Positions 10,805-22,461 of a stretch of 64,000 bases of DNA are shown piece by piece. Under the pieces are notes generated by a model. It was not told the DNA's origin, did no database searches, and was given only the letters and a program-made list of their open reading frames with translations. This DNA comes from Sneathiella sp. (lineage in GTDB: Bacteria > Pseudomonadota > Alphaproteobacteria > Sneathiellales > Sneathiellaceae): assembly GCA_016764355.1 (NCBI GenBank), contig JAESSA010000009.1, forward strand, positions 1,524 through 65,523, written 5' to 3'. The position numbers and the translations under genes were made by a program. Position 1 is the stretch's first letter; each line of letters opens with the position of its first letter.

Positions 10805-11841
10805 TGAGCAAACCAAAAAATTTCAAAGCGCTTATCTCCACCATTGCCGCAGGAGAGACATTAAGCACAGAAGAGGCACGCTTCGCTTTTAATACGATCT
10901 TGTCTGGCGATGCCACGCCGTCTCAAATGGGTGCATTCTTGATGGGCCTGCATTTGCGCGGAGAAACAACGCAAGAATTGGTTGGCGGCGTTTCCGTCCT
11001 CCGCGAAAAAGCCAGCTATATAAAAGCTCCCGAAGGCGCTATCGACTTGGTCGGTACGGGCGGTGATGGTTATGGTACACAAAATATATCGACAGCCGCC
11101 GCTTTTGTTGTCGCCGGGGCCGGTGTTCCTGTTGCAAAGCATGGGAATAAGGCCGCCTCTTCGAAATCCGGAACGGCGGATGTGCAGGCTGTTCTTGGGA
11201 TCAACACTGAATGTGATTTGGCGCTGACTGAAAAGGCCCTATTCGAAGCCGGAATTGGGTTCATGGTCGCTTACCGGCATCATGGTGCCATGCGCCATGT
11301 GGGCCCCACCCGTGTCGAACTTGGTATTCGAACTATTTTCAATCTGTTAGGGGTCATGTCTAACCCCGCCGCGGTAAAACGGCAACTGACCGGGGTTTAT
11401 GATCCACGATGGATGATCCCTATGGCTGAAACCCTGCGGGAGCTTGGATCCGAACATGTGTGGATTATGCACGGATCGGACGGTCTGGACGAATTAACAA
11501 CTACAGGTCCCTCTTTTGTTGCCGAATTGAAAGACGGCGATATTCGGGAGTTTGAAATAACACCTGAGGAAATGGGCCTTGAACGCGTCACCCTTGATGC
11601 CTTGAAAGGCGGAACGCCAGAAGAAAATGCAAGAGACCTCTTGGCCCTTCTAAAAGGTGCCAAAGGACCCTATCGCGACGTTGCATTGTTAAATGCTGGC
11701 GCCGCCATCCTTATCGGCGGAAAGTGTGACACGGTCCGCGAAGGCATTGAACTTGCTGAAAAATCCATCGACAGTGGCAAAGCCCTGCATGCCATGGAAG
11801 AATTAAAACGTATTACCAATTTGAGTAGCCCTGAAACATGA
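10804..11841 (+). CDS. trpD: Anthranilate phosphoribosyltransferase
   Basis: GTGGDG, NIST, KHGN and GSDGLDE motifs. TAATG overlap with trpG. Confidence 0.97.
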   Translation: MSKPKNFKALISTIAAGETLSTEEARFAFNTILSGDATPSQMGAFLMGLHLRGETTQELVGGVSVLREKASYIKAPEGAIDLVGTGGDGYGTQNISTAAAFVVAGAGVPVAKHGNKAASSKSGTADVQAVLGINTECDLALTEKALFEAGIGFMVAYRHHGAMRHVGPTRVELGIRTIFNLLGVMSNPAAVKRQLTGVYDPRWMIPMAETLRELGSEHVWIMHGSDGLDELTTTGPSFVAELKDGDIREFEITPEEMGLERVTLDALKGGTPEENARDLLALLKGAKGPYRDVALLNAGAAILIGGKCDTVREGIELAEKSIDSGKALHAMEELKRITNLSSPET

Positions 11842-12629
11842 GTATTCTTGCCAAGATTTGTGCTGATAAAATTGAGCATATTAAAAACTGTAAAACGAAT
11901 AAATCACTGGAAACGCTGGAAGATGAGGCAAAAGAAGCCTCGGCCCCTCGGGGATTTGTCCGTGCGCTGAAAACCGCAAGAGAAGAAGGGCGTTATGGTT
12001 TAATTGCCGAAGTAAAAAAGGCATCTCCATCTAAAGGGCTGATCCGCGCTGACTTTAATCCAGAAGCCCTTGCCAAAGCCTATGAGGACGGCGGGGCAAC
12101 TTGTATGTCCGTTCTGACAGATATTCCTTATTTTCAGGGGTCTGACGACTATCTTGTTGCAGCGAGAAACGCCGTTAGCCTGCCAACTTTGCGCAAAGAC
12201 TTCATGCTTGATCCCTATCAAGTAGTCGAAGCACGGGCACTTGGCGCCGATTGTATCCTTCTGATAATGGCTGCCCTTTCAGATCAACAAGCGGCAGAAC
12301 TGGAAACATTAGCCATTCAGTATGGCATGGATGTTTTAATCGAAGTTCATGACGCTGAAGAGCTTGAACGGGCATCCAAATTACAAAGCCCCTTGATTGG
12401 TGTGAATAATCGTAATTTGAAAACCTTAACGGTGGATATTGCAACAACCGAAGCTTTGTCTAAAAACCTGCCCGCTGACTGCCTTCCTGTCAGCGAAAGC
12501 GGTTTATACACCCCTGCAGATTTAAGCCGGATGGAGAAGGCTGGATGTGGATGCTTTTTGGTTGGTGAAAGTTTAATGCGACAAGATGATGTCGCTGCTG
12601 CTGTCCGTACCCTTCTTGGAAAAGGTTAA
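11838..12629 (+). CDS. trpC: Indole-3-glycerol phosphate synthase
   Basis: [24 protein letters not shown] and SESG motifs. Confidence 0.98.
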   Translation: MSILAKICADKIEHIKNCKTNKSLETLEDEAKEASAPRGFVRALKTAREEGRYGLIAEVKKASPSKGLIRADFNPEALAKAYEDGGATCMSVLTDIPYFQGSDDYLVAARNAVSLPTLRKDFMLDPYQVVEARALGADCILLIMAALSDQQAAELETLAIQYGMDVLIEVHDAEELERASKLQSPLIGVNNRNLKTLTVDIATTEALSKNLPADCLPVSESGLYTPADLSRMEKAGCGCFLVGESLMRQDDVAAAVRTLLGKG

Positions 12630-12634
12630 GCTTC

Positions 12635-13111
12635 ATGACCGGATTTACGCATTTTGATGACAAAGGCGCCGCCCACATGGTCAATGTGGGCGATAAGGAA
12701 GTAACAGAGAGAAGCGCAACTGCCACGGCGCGCGTTATCATGAAGCCGGAAACACTTGCCTTGATCCAAGATGGAAAAGCCAAAAAAGGCGATGTCTTAG
12801 GCGTTGCCAGAATAGCCGGTATCATGGCCGCAAAAAAAACAGCTGACCTTATTCCCCTGTGTCATCCCTTGGCGCTGACAAATGTAACTGTGGAATTCAC
12901 AATTGACGAGCCCGCTTCAGCAATTGATATATTCGCCACTTGTAAGCTTAAAGGCCGCACGGGTGTTGAGATGGAAGCCCTAACGGCTGCGACTATTACA
13001 GGGCTCACCATTTACGATATGTGTAAGGCTGTTGATCGCGGTATGGAGATTACAGGAACGCGTCTGCTGGAGAAAAGCGGCGGAAAATCAGGAATTTACA
13101 AAGCACAATGA
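12635..13111 (+). CDS. moaC: Cyclic pyranopterin monophosphate synthase MoaC
   Basis: [25 protein letters not shown] and KSGGKSG motifs. Confidence 0.98.
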   Translation: MTGFTHFDDKGAAHMVNVGDKEVTERSATATARVIMKPETLALIQDGKAKKGDVLGVARIAGIMAAKKTADLIPLCHPLALTNVTVEFTIDEPASAIDIFATCKLKGRTGVEMEALTAATITGLTIYDMCKAVDRGMEITGTRLLEKSGGKSGIYKAQ

Positions 13112-14322
13112 TTTCAGTAGATGACGCCCGCGCGAATATCCTAAAAAACATCTCTCCTGTTTCAACAGAAACAATCTCTATTGATGAAGCGGCAGGACGC
13201 CTTCTTGCTGAAGATGTTTTTGCCCGTAGAACCCAACCACCCGTCGACCTGTCCGCTATGGATGGATATGCCGTAAAAGCAAGTGACGTAGCGCAAGTTC
13301 CAACTGATTTGAAAGTCGTTGGCGAAGCACCCGCAGGTGGATCATATGACAGATTGGTCAATAAAGGAGAGGCTATTCGGATTTTTACCGGTGGCCCCTT
13401 ACCTGAAGGCACGGATGCTATTGTCATACAAGAAGATACAATGCGAGATGGGGATATAGTCACAATTCAAGAAAGTTCCCCAGAGGGTCATTATGTGCGC
13501 TCCGCCGGGTTGGATTTTTCTGAAGGGCAAATTGGGGTAAAAACAGGTAAACAACTTACGCCCCGAGATATTGGTTTGCTTGCCGCGATGAATATCCCAT
13601 GGGTGACAGTAAGGCGTAAACCCCGCATAGCCCTGCTATCAACAGGAGATGAGCTGGTGCGCCCCGGAGAGCCTGTAGGTCCAAACCAGATTATATCCTC
13701 TAACAGTTTACTGGTAGCCGCGATGATCCGTCAGGCGGGCGGTATTCCTATCGATTTGGGAATTGCAAAGGATAACGAGCAGTCTTTGCGGCAAATGGCC
13801 TCTGGTGCGAAATCTGCGGATATGCTTGTCACTTTGGGCGGCGCGTCCGTCGGTGACCATGATCTGGTCCAATCGGTTCTTGGGAAAGAAGGCCTGAAGA
13901 TCGATTTCTGGAAAATAGCCATGCGCCCCGGCAAACCGTTAATGTTTGGTGATTTAGAGGGAACGCCCATGCTTGGGATGCCCGGAAATCCCGTATCGAG
14001 CATGATTTGCAGTTATATTTTCCTTTATCCTGCAATTGATGCCCTTTTAGGACGTCCGCTTCGAACGCCACCAACGGTACCTGCCCTCCTCTCCCATAAT
14101 ATCGGCGCGAATGATCGCAGGGAAGACTATCAAAGAGCGCAGATCATCGGCAATGAGAATGGAATGCCCTGTATTAAGCTCTTCAGCAATCAGGACAGTT
14201 CCATGTTATCTGCCCTTTCTGCCGCTAATTGCCTGTTGAAGCGTATCCCTTTTGCAGAACCCGCACTAAAGGGGAGCCAAGTAGAAATCATTCTACTTGA
14301 TGAAAATTATCCTCTTTGTTGA
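13108..14322 (+). CDS. moeA: Molybdopterin molybdotransferase MoeA
   Basis: [28 protein letters not shown] and PGNPVS motifs. Confidence 0.97.
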   Translation: MISVDDARANILKNISPVSTETISIDEAAGRLLAEDVFARRTQPPVDLSAMDGYAVKASDVAQVPTDLKVVGEAPAGGSYDRLVNKGEAIRIFTGGPLPEGTDAIVIQEDTMRDGDIVTIQESSPEGHYVRSAGLDFSEGQIGVKTGKQLTPRDIGLLAAMNIPWVTVRRKPRIALLSTGDELVRPGEPVGPNQIISSNSLLVAAMIRQAGGIPIDLGIAKDNEQSLRQMASGAKSADMLVTLGGASVGDHDLVQSVLGKEGLKIDFWKIAMRPGKPLMFGDLEGTPMLGMPGNPVSSMICSYIFLYPAIDALLGRPLRTPPTVPALLSHNIGANDRREDYQRAQIIGNENGMPCIKLFSNQDSSMLSALSAANCLLKRIPFAEPALKGSQVEIILLDENYPLC

Positions 14323-14354
14323 GCAAGGCCCTGTAAATTAACGATTTTAAAGCC

Positions 14355-14408
14355 TTGACGTCGAATGAGAACTTTTATAGAATATTAGGTAATGTTTTTG
14401 TTTTGTTC
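14355..14408 (+). promoter_or_regulatory. lexA sigma70 promoter with two alphaproteobacterial LexA boxes
   Basis: -35 TTGACG (14355-60), 17-bp spacer, -10 TAGAAT (14378-83). GAAC-N7-GAAT (14369-83) overlaps the -10. GTTT-N7-GTTC at 14394-14408. Confidence 0.85.
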
Positions 14409-14425
14409 TCAAGGCGGGCGAGTGA

Positions 14426-15154
14426 ATGCTTACAAAAAAGCAACATGAACTTTTGATGTATATTCATACGTATCTGGAAAAGCGCGGCGTTTGCCCCTCT
14501 TTTGATGAAATGAAGGTCGCACTGGACCTCAAGTCCAAATCAGGAATACATCGGCTCATTACTGGTCTTACAGAACGGGGTTTTATCAGGCGCCTTCCTC
14601 ATCGTGCCCGGGCACTGGAAATTTTAAAACTTCCCGATGCCGTATTGCCCGATGGCATAATCAAACGCCATACTAAACCTGCAGAGCCAAACAAATTTAA
14701 CGTAGTACAAGCACAGTTTGGGAATAAGCAACCAACAGCGGCTCCTGAGCCTGCCCCCAATAGCGACAATAGCGTTTTATCCCTTCCTCTCTACGGACGT
14801 ATTGCGGCAGGTACGGCGATTGAAGCATTGAGGGACCCCACAAATTTTGTTGATATTCCCCCTTCCATGGTGGCTACGGGATCTCATTACTGCTTAGAAG
14901 TTGCCGGCGATTCCATGATTGATGCGGGTATTCATGACGGGGATACGGTTCTTATCAAAGAATGTACAACAGCAGAGAATGGCGCCATTGTTGTTGCCTT
15001 TGTTGATGATATGGAAGTCACACTGAAACGCCTGCGCCGAAAAGGCAATACAGTTGCCCTTGAAGCTGCGAACCCAGATTATGAAACACGAATTTTTGGT
15101 CCGGACAGGGTAAAAGTTCAAGGCCAGCTGGTTGGACTTTTCAGAAAATACTAA
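14426..15154 (+). CDS. lexA: SOS repressor LexA
   Basis: [29 protein letters not shown] cleavage site, GDSM catalytic Ser, VTLKR catalytic Lys. Confidence 0.98.
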   Translation: MLTKKQHELLMYIHTYLEKRGVCPSFDEMKVALDLKSKSGIHRLITGLTERGFIRRLPHRARALEILKLPDAVLPDGIIKRHTKPAEPNKFNVVQAQFGNKQPTAAPEPAPNSDNSVLSLPLYGRIAAGTAIEALRDPTNFVDIPPSMVATGSHYCLEVAGDSMIDAGIHDGDTVLIKECTTAENGAIVVAFVDDMEVTLKRLRRKGNTVALEAANPDYETRIFGPDRVKVQGQLVGLFRKY

Positions 15155-15167
15155 CCCTGCGAATACC

Positions 15168-17246
15168 TCACGGTTCCTTTGACAGACTTTCTCTATATTT
15201 CAAAGGAACCCATGGCCGATTGCCTCGCACTGAATTTACGCTATCTACTCTAATTTCCCCCTTTTCATCAAAATAGAGTGCGTGTGTACCCGATCGCCAC
15301 AAATCAAATTTATCTTTGATAAGGGTTGGCTTAACACATCTCCCTTGAACGGGAACTGAACTCAAAATGATATCAGCCCTCTCGCAATCTAGCTCTGTTG
15401 CCATCCAATTGTTGGAAAATGCAATAATCAGTCCCTCCCGATTATAAACACACCCCATTGGATCACATCTAATCTCAGAGTTCTTTGAACTTGATTTAGA
15501 GATCTTTTTTAGATTTTCACTCCCATATAAAAGGGCCCACCTTTTCCGCTCAAAACGATCTGCACGCAAGGAAGAGACTACAAGCTCTCCCGTAGTTTTT
15601 CGAATTAGGAAAAGGTTTCCAGAATCTGAAAATAAAATATCGGGACGTGTCTCAATCCAGAAAAATGGGATCGTAATTAGTATAATTATCACACTCCCCC
15701 ACCTCAATTTATTGCGCCATATCAGCAACCAAAGGACAGAAAATACGATGCCGATGAGAAAACCAGTGGGATATGTGCCTATATTTAAAAAGGCCCCTGG
15801 CAAATTGGCGACAAAATCAGCAATCTTCAATATGACGATGATCCCTGCGCCCGCTATTTCCAAGGGAATGCCAGTTTGACTGAAAGGGAGCACTACAAAA
15901 GATACCAACGTCCATGGCATCACCCAAAGCCCCATAACAGGGACAGCCACAAGATTTGCAAGAATTCCAAGACTTGAAAACTGACCAAAATGGTAAATAG
16001 AGAAAGGCGCCGTTGCAATGGAAGCAATCAGGGAAGTAAAGACAATCCCCGTCAAATAGAAAAATGCCCGTCTGACAAAGCCGCCCGTGTTTGCCAAGAT
16101 CATCAGACCATTCCCAAATTTCTCGTACACAGCTATTAGGCAAAAAACTGCACCAAAGGACATCTGGAAACTAGCTGTCGTTAAACTTTCTGGCAAAACC
16201 AGAAGGATCAGGATTGCTGCAAAAGCTAAATTTCGAAGGGAAATTGCAGTGCGATCAAATAGGATGGCGATAAAAACCAAGGAGATCATTAAATATGCCC
16301 GAACAGCAGAAACTGACATGCCACTAACCAGCAAATAACCACTTAAACCAAGTAGCGCGATAATAGCGGCCCATTTCTTCACTGGATAATTCAAGGCCAG
16401 GCGCGGCCAAAGACTTGCAAATAGCCTGACAGAAAAAAATATCAGACCACCAACCATCCCCATATGAAGCCCCGATATAGCCAGAATATGCGCAAGACCA
16501 GATTGCCTCATATTCTCCAACTGGCGTTTGTCCATCGCGCCTTTGTCGCCAGACATGATGGCTGTTGAAAATCCTGATGTATCGGTTGGTGCAACATTTG
16601 CTACATGCCTATTGATTACATCGCGTAAAATTGCTGACACCCGTGATAGATCAAACCAATTGCTATCCGTATCCCTGATGACGTCGATAGAACTGATGGC
16701 ATAACCTACTGCCCCGATTTGTTGGAAATAAGAATTGCGTTGAAAATCATAGGCTCCTGGATAGGCTGGTGATGGGGGCGGCAGAAGAACGGCAGTAAGT
16801 GAGACCCTTTGCCCCGGGTGAATGTGGGAGGTATTTTTACGAACGGTAATTCGGATTTTTGACAAGTCAGGAAGAGAGTTACGCTCAAAAGAAAGGCTCG
16901 AGATAACAAGCCGTGTTTTCTTGTTGCCGGCACTTTTACTGATAATTTGCCCAGAAAGCCCTGTAATCGTTTTTTTTGGAAGAACAGGAGCATCCACATA
17001 ATGTTGACGTATGTTCGCGGCGTTAAAGCCAACACTTACAAACAGGATAACTAAAATCAGAAGGAAAATGTGAGGCTGTTGCCGCACCCAAGCAATAAAA
17101 ATTGGGCAGGACACAAGAACTGAAAGTCCAATCCATTCCAGCCCCGGCTGCCAAATAAGAGAAAAGTAAATGGCAACCCCAACTCCCAACAGAACGGGCG
17201 ACCAAAGAAACCATCGGTTTCGCTCTTCGATCAGCTGGTTTAACAT
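15168..17246 (-). CDS. comEC: ComEC/Rec2 DNA uptake channel protein
   Basis: PGAYDFQR, GLAHILAISGLHM and SFQMSF motifs, many TMs, C-terminal RPW. lexA-comEC-gltX synteny. Confidence 0.95.
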   Translation of the reverse strand: MLNQLIEERNRWFLWSPVLLGVGVAIYFSLIWQPGLEWIGLSVLVSCPIFIAWVRQQPHIFLLILVILFVSVGFNAANIRQHYVDAPVLPKKTITGLSGQIISKSAGNKKTRLVISSLSFERNSLPDLSKIRITVRKNTSHIHPGQRVSLTAVLLPPPSPAYPGAYDFQRNSYFQQIGAVGYAISSIDVIRDTDSNWFDLSRVSAILRDVINRHVANVAPTDTSGFSTAIMSGDKGAMDKRQLENMRQSGLAHILAISGLHMGMVGGLIFFSVRLFASLWPRLALNYPVKKWAAIIALLGLSGYLLVSGMSVSAVRAYLMISLVFIAILFDRTAISLRNLAFAAILILLVLPESLTTASFQMSFGAVFCLIAVYEKFGNGLMILANTGGFVRRAFFYLTGIVFTSLIASIATAPFSIYHFGQFSSLGILANLVAVPVMGLWVMPWTLVSFVVLPFSQTGIPLEIAGAGIIVILKIADFVANLPGAFLNIGTYPTGFLIGIVFSVLWLLIWRNKLRWGSVIIILITIPFFWIETRPDILFSDSGNLFLIRKTTGELVVSSLRADRFERKRWALLYGSENLKKISKSSSKNSEIRCDPMGCVYNREGLIIAFSNNWMATELDCERADIILSSVPVQGRCVKPTLIKDKFDLWRSGTHALYFDEKGEIRVDSVNSVRGNRPWVPLKYRESLSKEP

Positions 17247-17391
17247 CTATCCCCTAACAAATTTATTGATCATTCCTTGACTTCACTCATCGCGGGCTTG
17301 CCCAAACGCTGTACAAAGAGTAAAAAATGACAGAATTCAGGATATTTTTAAATTTTAAACCTACAATTGAATAGGATGCAAAGTAAATACT

Positions 17392-18795
17392 ATGACTGTT
17401 GTTACTCGGTTTGCGCCCTCTCCTACCGGCTTTTTACACATTGGCGGTGCCAGAACAGCTCTTTTCAATTGGCTTTACGCGCGCCATAACAATGGAAAGT
17501 TCTTACTTCGCATTGAAGATACAGATCGTGAAAGATCTACTGATGAAGCTATTGAAGCAATTTTAGCTGGAATGAAATGGATGGGACTGGATTGGGATGG
17601 CGAACCCACATACCAGTTTTCAAACCGCGACCGTCATGTTGAAATAGCTCAACAGTTATTGGATGAAGGCAAAGCCTATCATTGTTACGCGTCAAAGGAC
17701 GAACTGGCAGAGATGAGAGACCTCGCCCGCGCCGAGGGGCGTGCTCCTGGTTATGATGGTCGCTGGCGCGACCGTGACCCGTCTGAGGCACCTGCTGGAG
17801 TACCCCCTGTTGTTCGGTTCAAATCTCCGAATGAAGGCAATACAGTCATAAAGGATGCCGTGCAAGGCGATGTAACCATTGCAAATGCACAGCTCGATGA
17901 TCTCATTCTACTGCGCGGCGATGGCACACCAACTTACATGTTGTCTGTCGTTGTTGATGATCACGACATGGGCGTTACCAATATTATTCGCGGCGATGAT
18001 CACTTAACCAACGCTGCACGACAAATTCAGCTTTATGACGCGCTGGGCTGGGATGTCCCTGAAATGTCGCACATTCCGCTTATTCATGGACCAGACGGTG
18101 CAAAATTATCTAAACGACATGGTGCATTGGGCGTTGAAGCCTATCGTGACATGGGATATTTGCCTGAAGCCATGCGCAATTACCTCCTCCGCCTCGGTTG
18201 GTCACATGGAGATGATGAAATTATCTCAACGACGCAAGCCATTGAATGGTTTAATTTGGAGAATATCGGAAAATCAGCTTCTCGCTTTGATTTCAACAAA
18301 CTGGAAAACTTAAACGGGACCTACCTCCGCAATGCTGATGATGCCTATCTTACGGGCTTGATTACACCCTTATTGGAAGAGAAAACAGGCTCTTCAATTT
18401 CGGAAAATCAAAAAACAATGATCGAAAAAGCCATGAATGGCTTGAAAGAACGAGCAAAATCAGTAATATCCCTCGCAGACAGTTCTCAATTCCTGATCGC
18501 TAAGCGACCCTTGTCGCTGGATGATAAGGCCAAAAAATTACTTAATGACGATGCGTGCGGAATTTTGGGCCGACTGGCTGAGAAGCTGGAGACTTTGTCC
18601 GTTTGGAACAAAGAAACCATAGAAACTGTCGTTCGGGAATGTGCCGAAGCTGAAGAATTAAAGCTCGGTAAAATTGCGCAGCCGTTACGCGCAGCATTAA
18701 CAGGTACAACGGTATCTCCCGGAATTTTCGACGTTCTTGAGATTCTGGAAAAAGAAGAAGCTCTAGGAAGAATCAAAGACGCTGCAGGATCATAA
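17392..18795 (+). CDS. gltX: Glutamate--tRNA ligase
   Basis: [14 protein letters not shown] (HIGH) and KLSKR motifs. Confidence 0.98.
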   Translation: MTVVTRFAPSPTGFLHIGGARTALFNWLYARHNNGKFLLRIEDTDRERSTDEAIEAILAGMKWMGLDWDGEPTYQFSNRDRHVEIAQQLLDEGKAYHCYASKDELAEMRDLARAEGRAPGYDGRWRDRDPSEAPAGVPPVVRFKSPNEGNTVIKDAVQGDVTIANAQLDDLILLRGDGTPTYMLSVVVDDHDMGVTNIIRGDDHLTNAARQIQLYDALGWDVPEMSHIPLIHGPDGAKLSKRHGALGVEAYRDMGYLPEAMRNYLLRLGWSHGDDEIISTTQAIEWFNLENIGKSASRFDFNKLENLNGTYLRNADDAYLTGLITPLLEEKTGSSISENQKTMIEKAMNGLKERAKSVISLADSSQFLIAKRPLSLDDKAKKLLNDDACGILGRLAEKLETLSVWNKETIETVVRECAEAEELKLGKIAQPLRAALTGTTVSPGIFDVLEILEKEEALGRIKDAAGS

Positions 18796-18916
18796 ATTCT
18801 GCGAGCTGCCAATTTGGCATGCTCTCGTCTACTTGATTAAATGAATACAGTTCTCCAGGGAACATTGTAAACCTGATGCCAACGTCGCGTTGGCTAATTA
18901 AAAGGGAAAAGAATAA

Positions 18917-20221
18917 ATGAGTGGCTCAAAAGTTAGTGGAAGCGTAAATTTCACTGAAGAAAATGGCGAAACTACCAGTCTTCCCCTGGTAAGTGGCAGC
19001 GTTGGTCCTCAAGTGATCGACATTCGTAAATTATACGCACAAACTGGCCATTTTACATATGATCCAGGCTTTACCTCTACAGCCTCTTGTGACTCTGCAA
19101 TCACCTATATCGATGGTGACGAAGGTGTTTTGATGCATCGTGGTTACAAGATTGAAGAGCTGGCAAGTGAAAGTGATTTCATGGACGTTTGTTACCTTCT
19201 TCTGAAGGGCGAACTGCCAAATGCGGAAGAAAAAGACAAATTTACGCACGACATCACTTATCACACAATGGTTCACGAACAATTGATACAATTGTTCCGC
19301 GGTTTCCGCCGTGATGCCCATCCAATGGCAATCATGGTTGGTGTTGTTGGTGCCTTGTCTGCATTTTATCATGACAGCACAGATATTACAGATGCTCATC
19401 AGCGTATGGTCGCTAGCTATCGTTTGATCGCAAAAATGCCAACAATTGCGGCAATGGCTTATAAATACTCAGTGGGTCAGCCTTTCATTTATCCAAAAAA
19501 TGATCTGTCCTATGCTGAAAACTTCCTACATATGACGTTCAGTGTTCCAGCAGAAAACTATAAAATGTCTCCGACCATTGCCCGCGCAATGGACCGGATT
19601 TTCATTCTTCATGCTGATCACGAACAAAATGCATCCACATCAACAGTGCGCCTTGCAGGCTCATCAGGTGCGAATCCCTTTGCTTGTATTGCTGCTGGTA
19701 TTGCATGCCTCTGGGGCCCTGCTCATGGTGGTGCCAATGAAGCCGTTCTAGCAATGCTGGAAGAAATTGGCACAGTGGATCGCGTACAAGAGTTTATTGC
19801 AAAAGCAAAAGACAAAAGCGATCCGTTCCGCCTTATGGGTTTTGGTCATCGCGTATATAAAAACTATGATCCACGTGCGAAAGTTATGGCTGAAACGTGT
19901 CATGAAGTGCTTGAAGAACTTGGCATGAAAGACGAGCCAATGCTCAAACTTGCGATGGAACTTGAACGCATTGCTTTGGAAGATGAATACTTCATTGAGA
20001 AGAAACTCTTCCCTAACGTTGATTTCTATTCCGGTATCATTTTGAAAGCCCTCGGTTTCCCAACGAGCATGTTTACTGTTCTATTCGCAGTAGCGCGGAC
20101 AGTCGGTTGGGTTGCTCAATGGAATGAAATGATGGAAGATCCGGGACAGAAAATTGGCCGTCCTCGCCAGCTTTATACAGGCCCAGCGGAGCGTCCTTTT
20201 GTGCCTTTAAATAAACGATAA
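18917..20221 (+). CDS. gltA: Citrate synthase (type II)
   Basis: [25 protein letters not shown] and PNVDFYSG motifs. Confidence 0.98.
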   Translation: MSGSKVSGSVNFTEENGETTSLPLVSGSVGPQVIDIRKLYAQTGHFTYDPGFTSTASCDSAITYIDGDEGVLMHRGYKIEELASESDFMDVCYLLLKGELPNAEEKDKFTHDITYHTMVHEQLIQLFRGFRRDAHPMAIMVGVVGALSAFYHDSTDITDAHQRMVASYRLIAKMPTIAAMAYKYSVGQPFIYPKNDLSYAENFLHMTFSVPAENYKMSPTIARAMDRIFILHADHEQNASTSTVRLAGSSGANPFACIAAGIACLWGPAHGGANEAVLAMLEEIGTVDRVQEFIAKAKDKSDPFRLMGFGHRVYKNYDPRAKVMAETCHEVLEELGMKDEPMLKLAMELERIALEDEYFIEKKLFPNVDFYSGIILKALGFPTSMFTVLFAVARTVGWVAQWNEMMEDPGQKIGRPRQLYTGPAERPFVPLNKR

Positions 20222-20225
20222 GCTT

Positions 20226-20423
20226 ATGGCTAACCCACGCCACATAATATCAAAAACCTCCTCTTCGGTTCCGACCGAAGGAGAGGCGCGTGGGAGAAAA
20301 TTACGACTGAAAGCGGCGAACGACAATCGGCCGCCGCTTTTAGAACAAATCAAACAATTTCTATTTTTTGCAGCGCCGGTTTCAGTCATCTTGTTTTTTG
20401 GGGCTGTCTGGTTATTTTCCTGA
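20226..20423 (+). CDS. Small hypothetical membrane protein with AANDN motif and C-terminal TM helix
   Basis: 65 aa, starts 4 bp after the gltA stop and fills the gltA-lpxB gap. Basic N-terminus, KAANDNRPP, hydrophobic C-terminus. Confidence 0.65.
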   Translation: MANPRHIISKTSSSVPTEGEARGRKLRLKAANDNRPPLLEQIKQFLFFAAPVSVILFFGAVWLFS

Positions 20424-21578
20424 TTTAATCAGAGATAAAACAACGTCTGCAGCCCGGTTTCCCGGTGCATCCCCGCCAACGCCAAGAGCCTGTAGCGCTT
20501 CGCTATATCCTTCAATTTGCAATTGCCGTTTTTCTTCCGACTTAAAAAGATCTGTAATAGTCGGGCTCAACCGCGAAGGAAGGCATTCTTCAAGCAGATG
20601 TTCAGGCACTATTTCTCGACTTTCAAGAATATTGATCAAATTCACATAATCAAGTTTGACGAACTTTCGGGCGATATAAGCCGTGATTGCGTGCATTTTG
20701 TACGCAATAACAGCTGGAAGGTTGGCCAAAGCCAATTCAAGGCCCACGGTTCCAGAAGCAGCCAATGCTATATTTGATGCCGCCATTGCATCATATTTCT
20801 CGCTCATACCGTCAATAATTATGACTTTGACGGGCCAGTCTTTAATATTTTCCTGGACAATTTCAGCAGATCTCCCAATCACCGGGATGACAATGGTAAG
20901 ATCTGCAACTGACAATTTAACGCTAGCGACTGTTTCTTTGAATATAGGGAGATGTTTGCTCACTTCCCCCCGCCGGCTCCCCGGTAGAACCATCAACAAA
21001 GGCGTGGACGCCTCTATCTGATGGCGTGCCCTGAATGCGTAGCCATCACCGGCATTTGCTCCTGTCTCGATAACTGAATGCCCCACAAAAGTGGCTGGAA
21101 GACCTTCTCTTTCGAAATACGGGGGCTCAAAAGGCAGCACAGTCAGTAAGTGATCGTATAGCTTCGCAATTTTTGCAGCGCGGCCGGGCCTCCAAGCCCA
21201 AACAGAGGGCGCAACATAATGTATTTTTGGAAAACGGGCCTGCTTTAATTTTGCCGCAACCCGAAAACTAAAATCCGGTGCATCCACGCTAATGAAAGCA
21301 TCAGGATTAATATCTAAGGCGGCTTGCGCGGTCTCTTTGATACGCTTCAATAATTTTGGAATTTTAGGAACAACTTCAGTGATACCCATGACTGTAAGTT
21401 CTTCCATAGGAAACAGGCTTTTAAGACCTTCTGCCTCCATAAGGGGGCCACCGACACCAAAAAACTTAACATTTTGTGTCTGTTTTTTTAGTTTAATTGC
21501 CGCCATTAATTTGGCACAAAGGGCATCGCCTGACGGCTCTCCAACTGCGAAAAAGAACTTTAGTGTCGGCTTTGTCAC
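20412..21578 (-). CDS. lpxB: Lipid-A-disaccharide synthase
   Basis: GEPSGD, DAPDF, YVAPSVWAWR, LPGSR and ASGT motifs. Probable GTG start at 21578 just after the lpxI stop (the ORF track extends to 21614). Confidence 0.96.
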   Translation of the reverse strand: MTKPTLKFFFAVGEPSGDALCAKLMAAIKLKKQTQNVKFFGVGGPLMEAEGLKSLFPMEELTVMGITEVVPKIPKLLKRIKETAQAALDINPDAFISVDAPDFSFRVAAKLKQARFPKIHYVAPSVWAWRPGRAAKIAKLYDHLLTVLPFEPPYFEREGLPATFVGHSVIETGANAGDGYAFRARHQIEASTPLLMVLPGSRRGEVSKHLPIFKETVASVKLSVADLTIVIPVIGRSAEIVQENIKDWPVKVIIIDGMSEKYDAMAASNIALAASGTVGLELALANLPAVIAYKMHAITAYIARKFVKLDYVNLINILESREIVPEHLLEECLPSRLSPTITDLFKSEEKRQLQIEGYSEALQALGVGGDAPGNRAADVVLSLIKSGK

Positions 21579-21579
21579 G

Positions 21580-22461
21580 TCAAGACGAGCCCTTTTTATT
21601 CTCTGTCGAAACACCGTAAATAAACAAACCCAGCTCGTTCGCCATTTTTATGGTTTCATCACGATTTAGAAGCAAACAAGCACCGGCCTCGATGGCAACG
21701 CCCTTCAATTTCGAGTGCGACAATTGCCGTATAGTCTCAATCCCAATTGTTGGCATATCAGTCCGTAAATCTTGACCTGGTTTTGATAATTTGACCAAAA
21801 CACCAGCAGGCTTATCTCGCGCAAAGTCACCGCAGCGTTTTACGAGACCATCTGTCCCCTCGGCAGCTTCAACCCCAAGAACATATTTATCTCGTATGAT
21901 AACGGCTTGCCCAATATCCAAAGCCCCAATAGCATATACGACGCGTTGCCCCTCTGCAATGTCTGCAAGATCGTCTGCACTTGGCTCAATCTGGCCCAGT
22001 GTTCCGATATCCGGTAGCAAATCGGCGTTTAATTCATGGGCGCCGACAATACGAAAGCCTTTTTCCTCTATATACGCAGAAATAGCACGGAGAAGTCCAT
22101 CATCCCCCTTTTTGGGTGCTGTTCCGATACGGGCAAGGAGTTTCAGGCCTTCAAAATCAGGGAATATATTCTTAAAATCGGGTCGCGTAACCGGCCCAAC
22201 TAAAGTAACCAACTCACATTTTTCAGCGGCAAGAGCTTTCAAAAATTTACCAACTTTGGTAATGGCAAATTCGACATAAGGGAATTCTGAATATTCTTTT
22301 GGATCGGCCTCCCCTTTTATCAAAAGCAAAAAGGGGTTTTGGCCCTGCGACTTAAGGTTTTTAGCCAGATTAAGGGGCAGTTTCCCGCCTCCGGCAATTA
22401 TTCCAACCCTTGGACGATGCGCGCTATTTCTTTGGTTGACAGATACCACGTCCAGATTCAC
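21580..22461 (-). CDS. lpxI: UDP-2,3-diacylglucosamine pyrophosphatase LpxI
   Basis: GIIAGGGKLP, GDDGLL, DIGQA, EAAEGTD and QDLRTDMPTIG motifs; located between lpxA and lpxB. Confidence 0.95.
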   Translation of the reverse strand: MNLDVVSVNQRNSAHRPRVGIIAGGGKLPLNLAKNLKSQGQNPFLLLIKGEADPKEYSEFPYVEFAITKVGKFLKALAAEKCELVTLVGPVTRPDFKNIFPDFEGLKLLARIGTAPKKGDDGLLRAISAYIEEKGFRIVGAHELNADLLPDIGTLGQIEPSADDLADIAEGQRVVYAIGALDIGQAVIIRDKYVLGVEAAEGTDGLVKRCGDFARDKPAGVLVKLSKPGQDLRTDMPTIGIETIRQLSHSKLKGVAIEAGACLLLNRDETIKMANELGLFIYGVSTENKKGSS

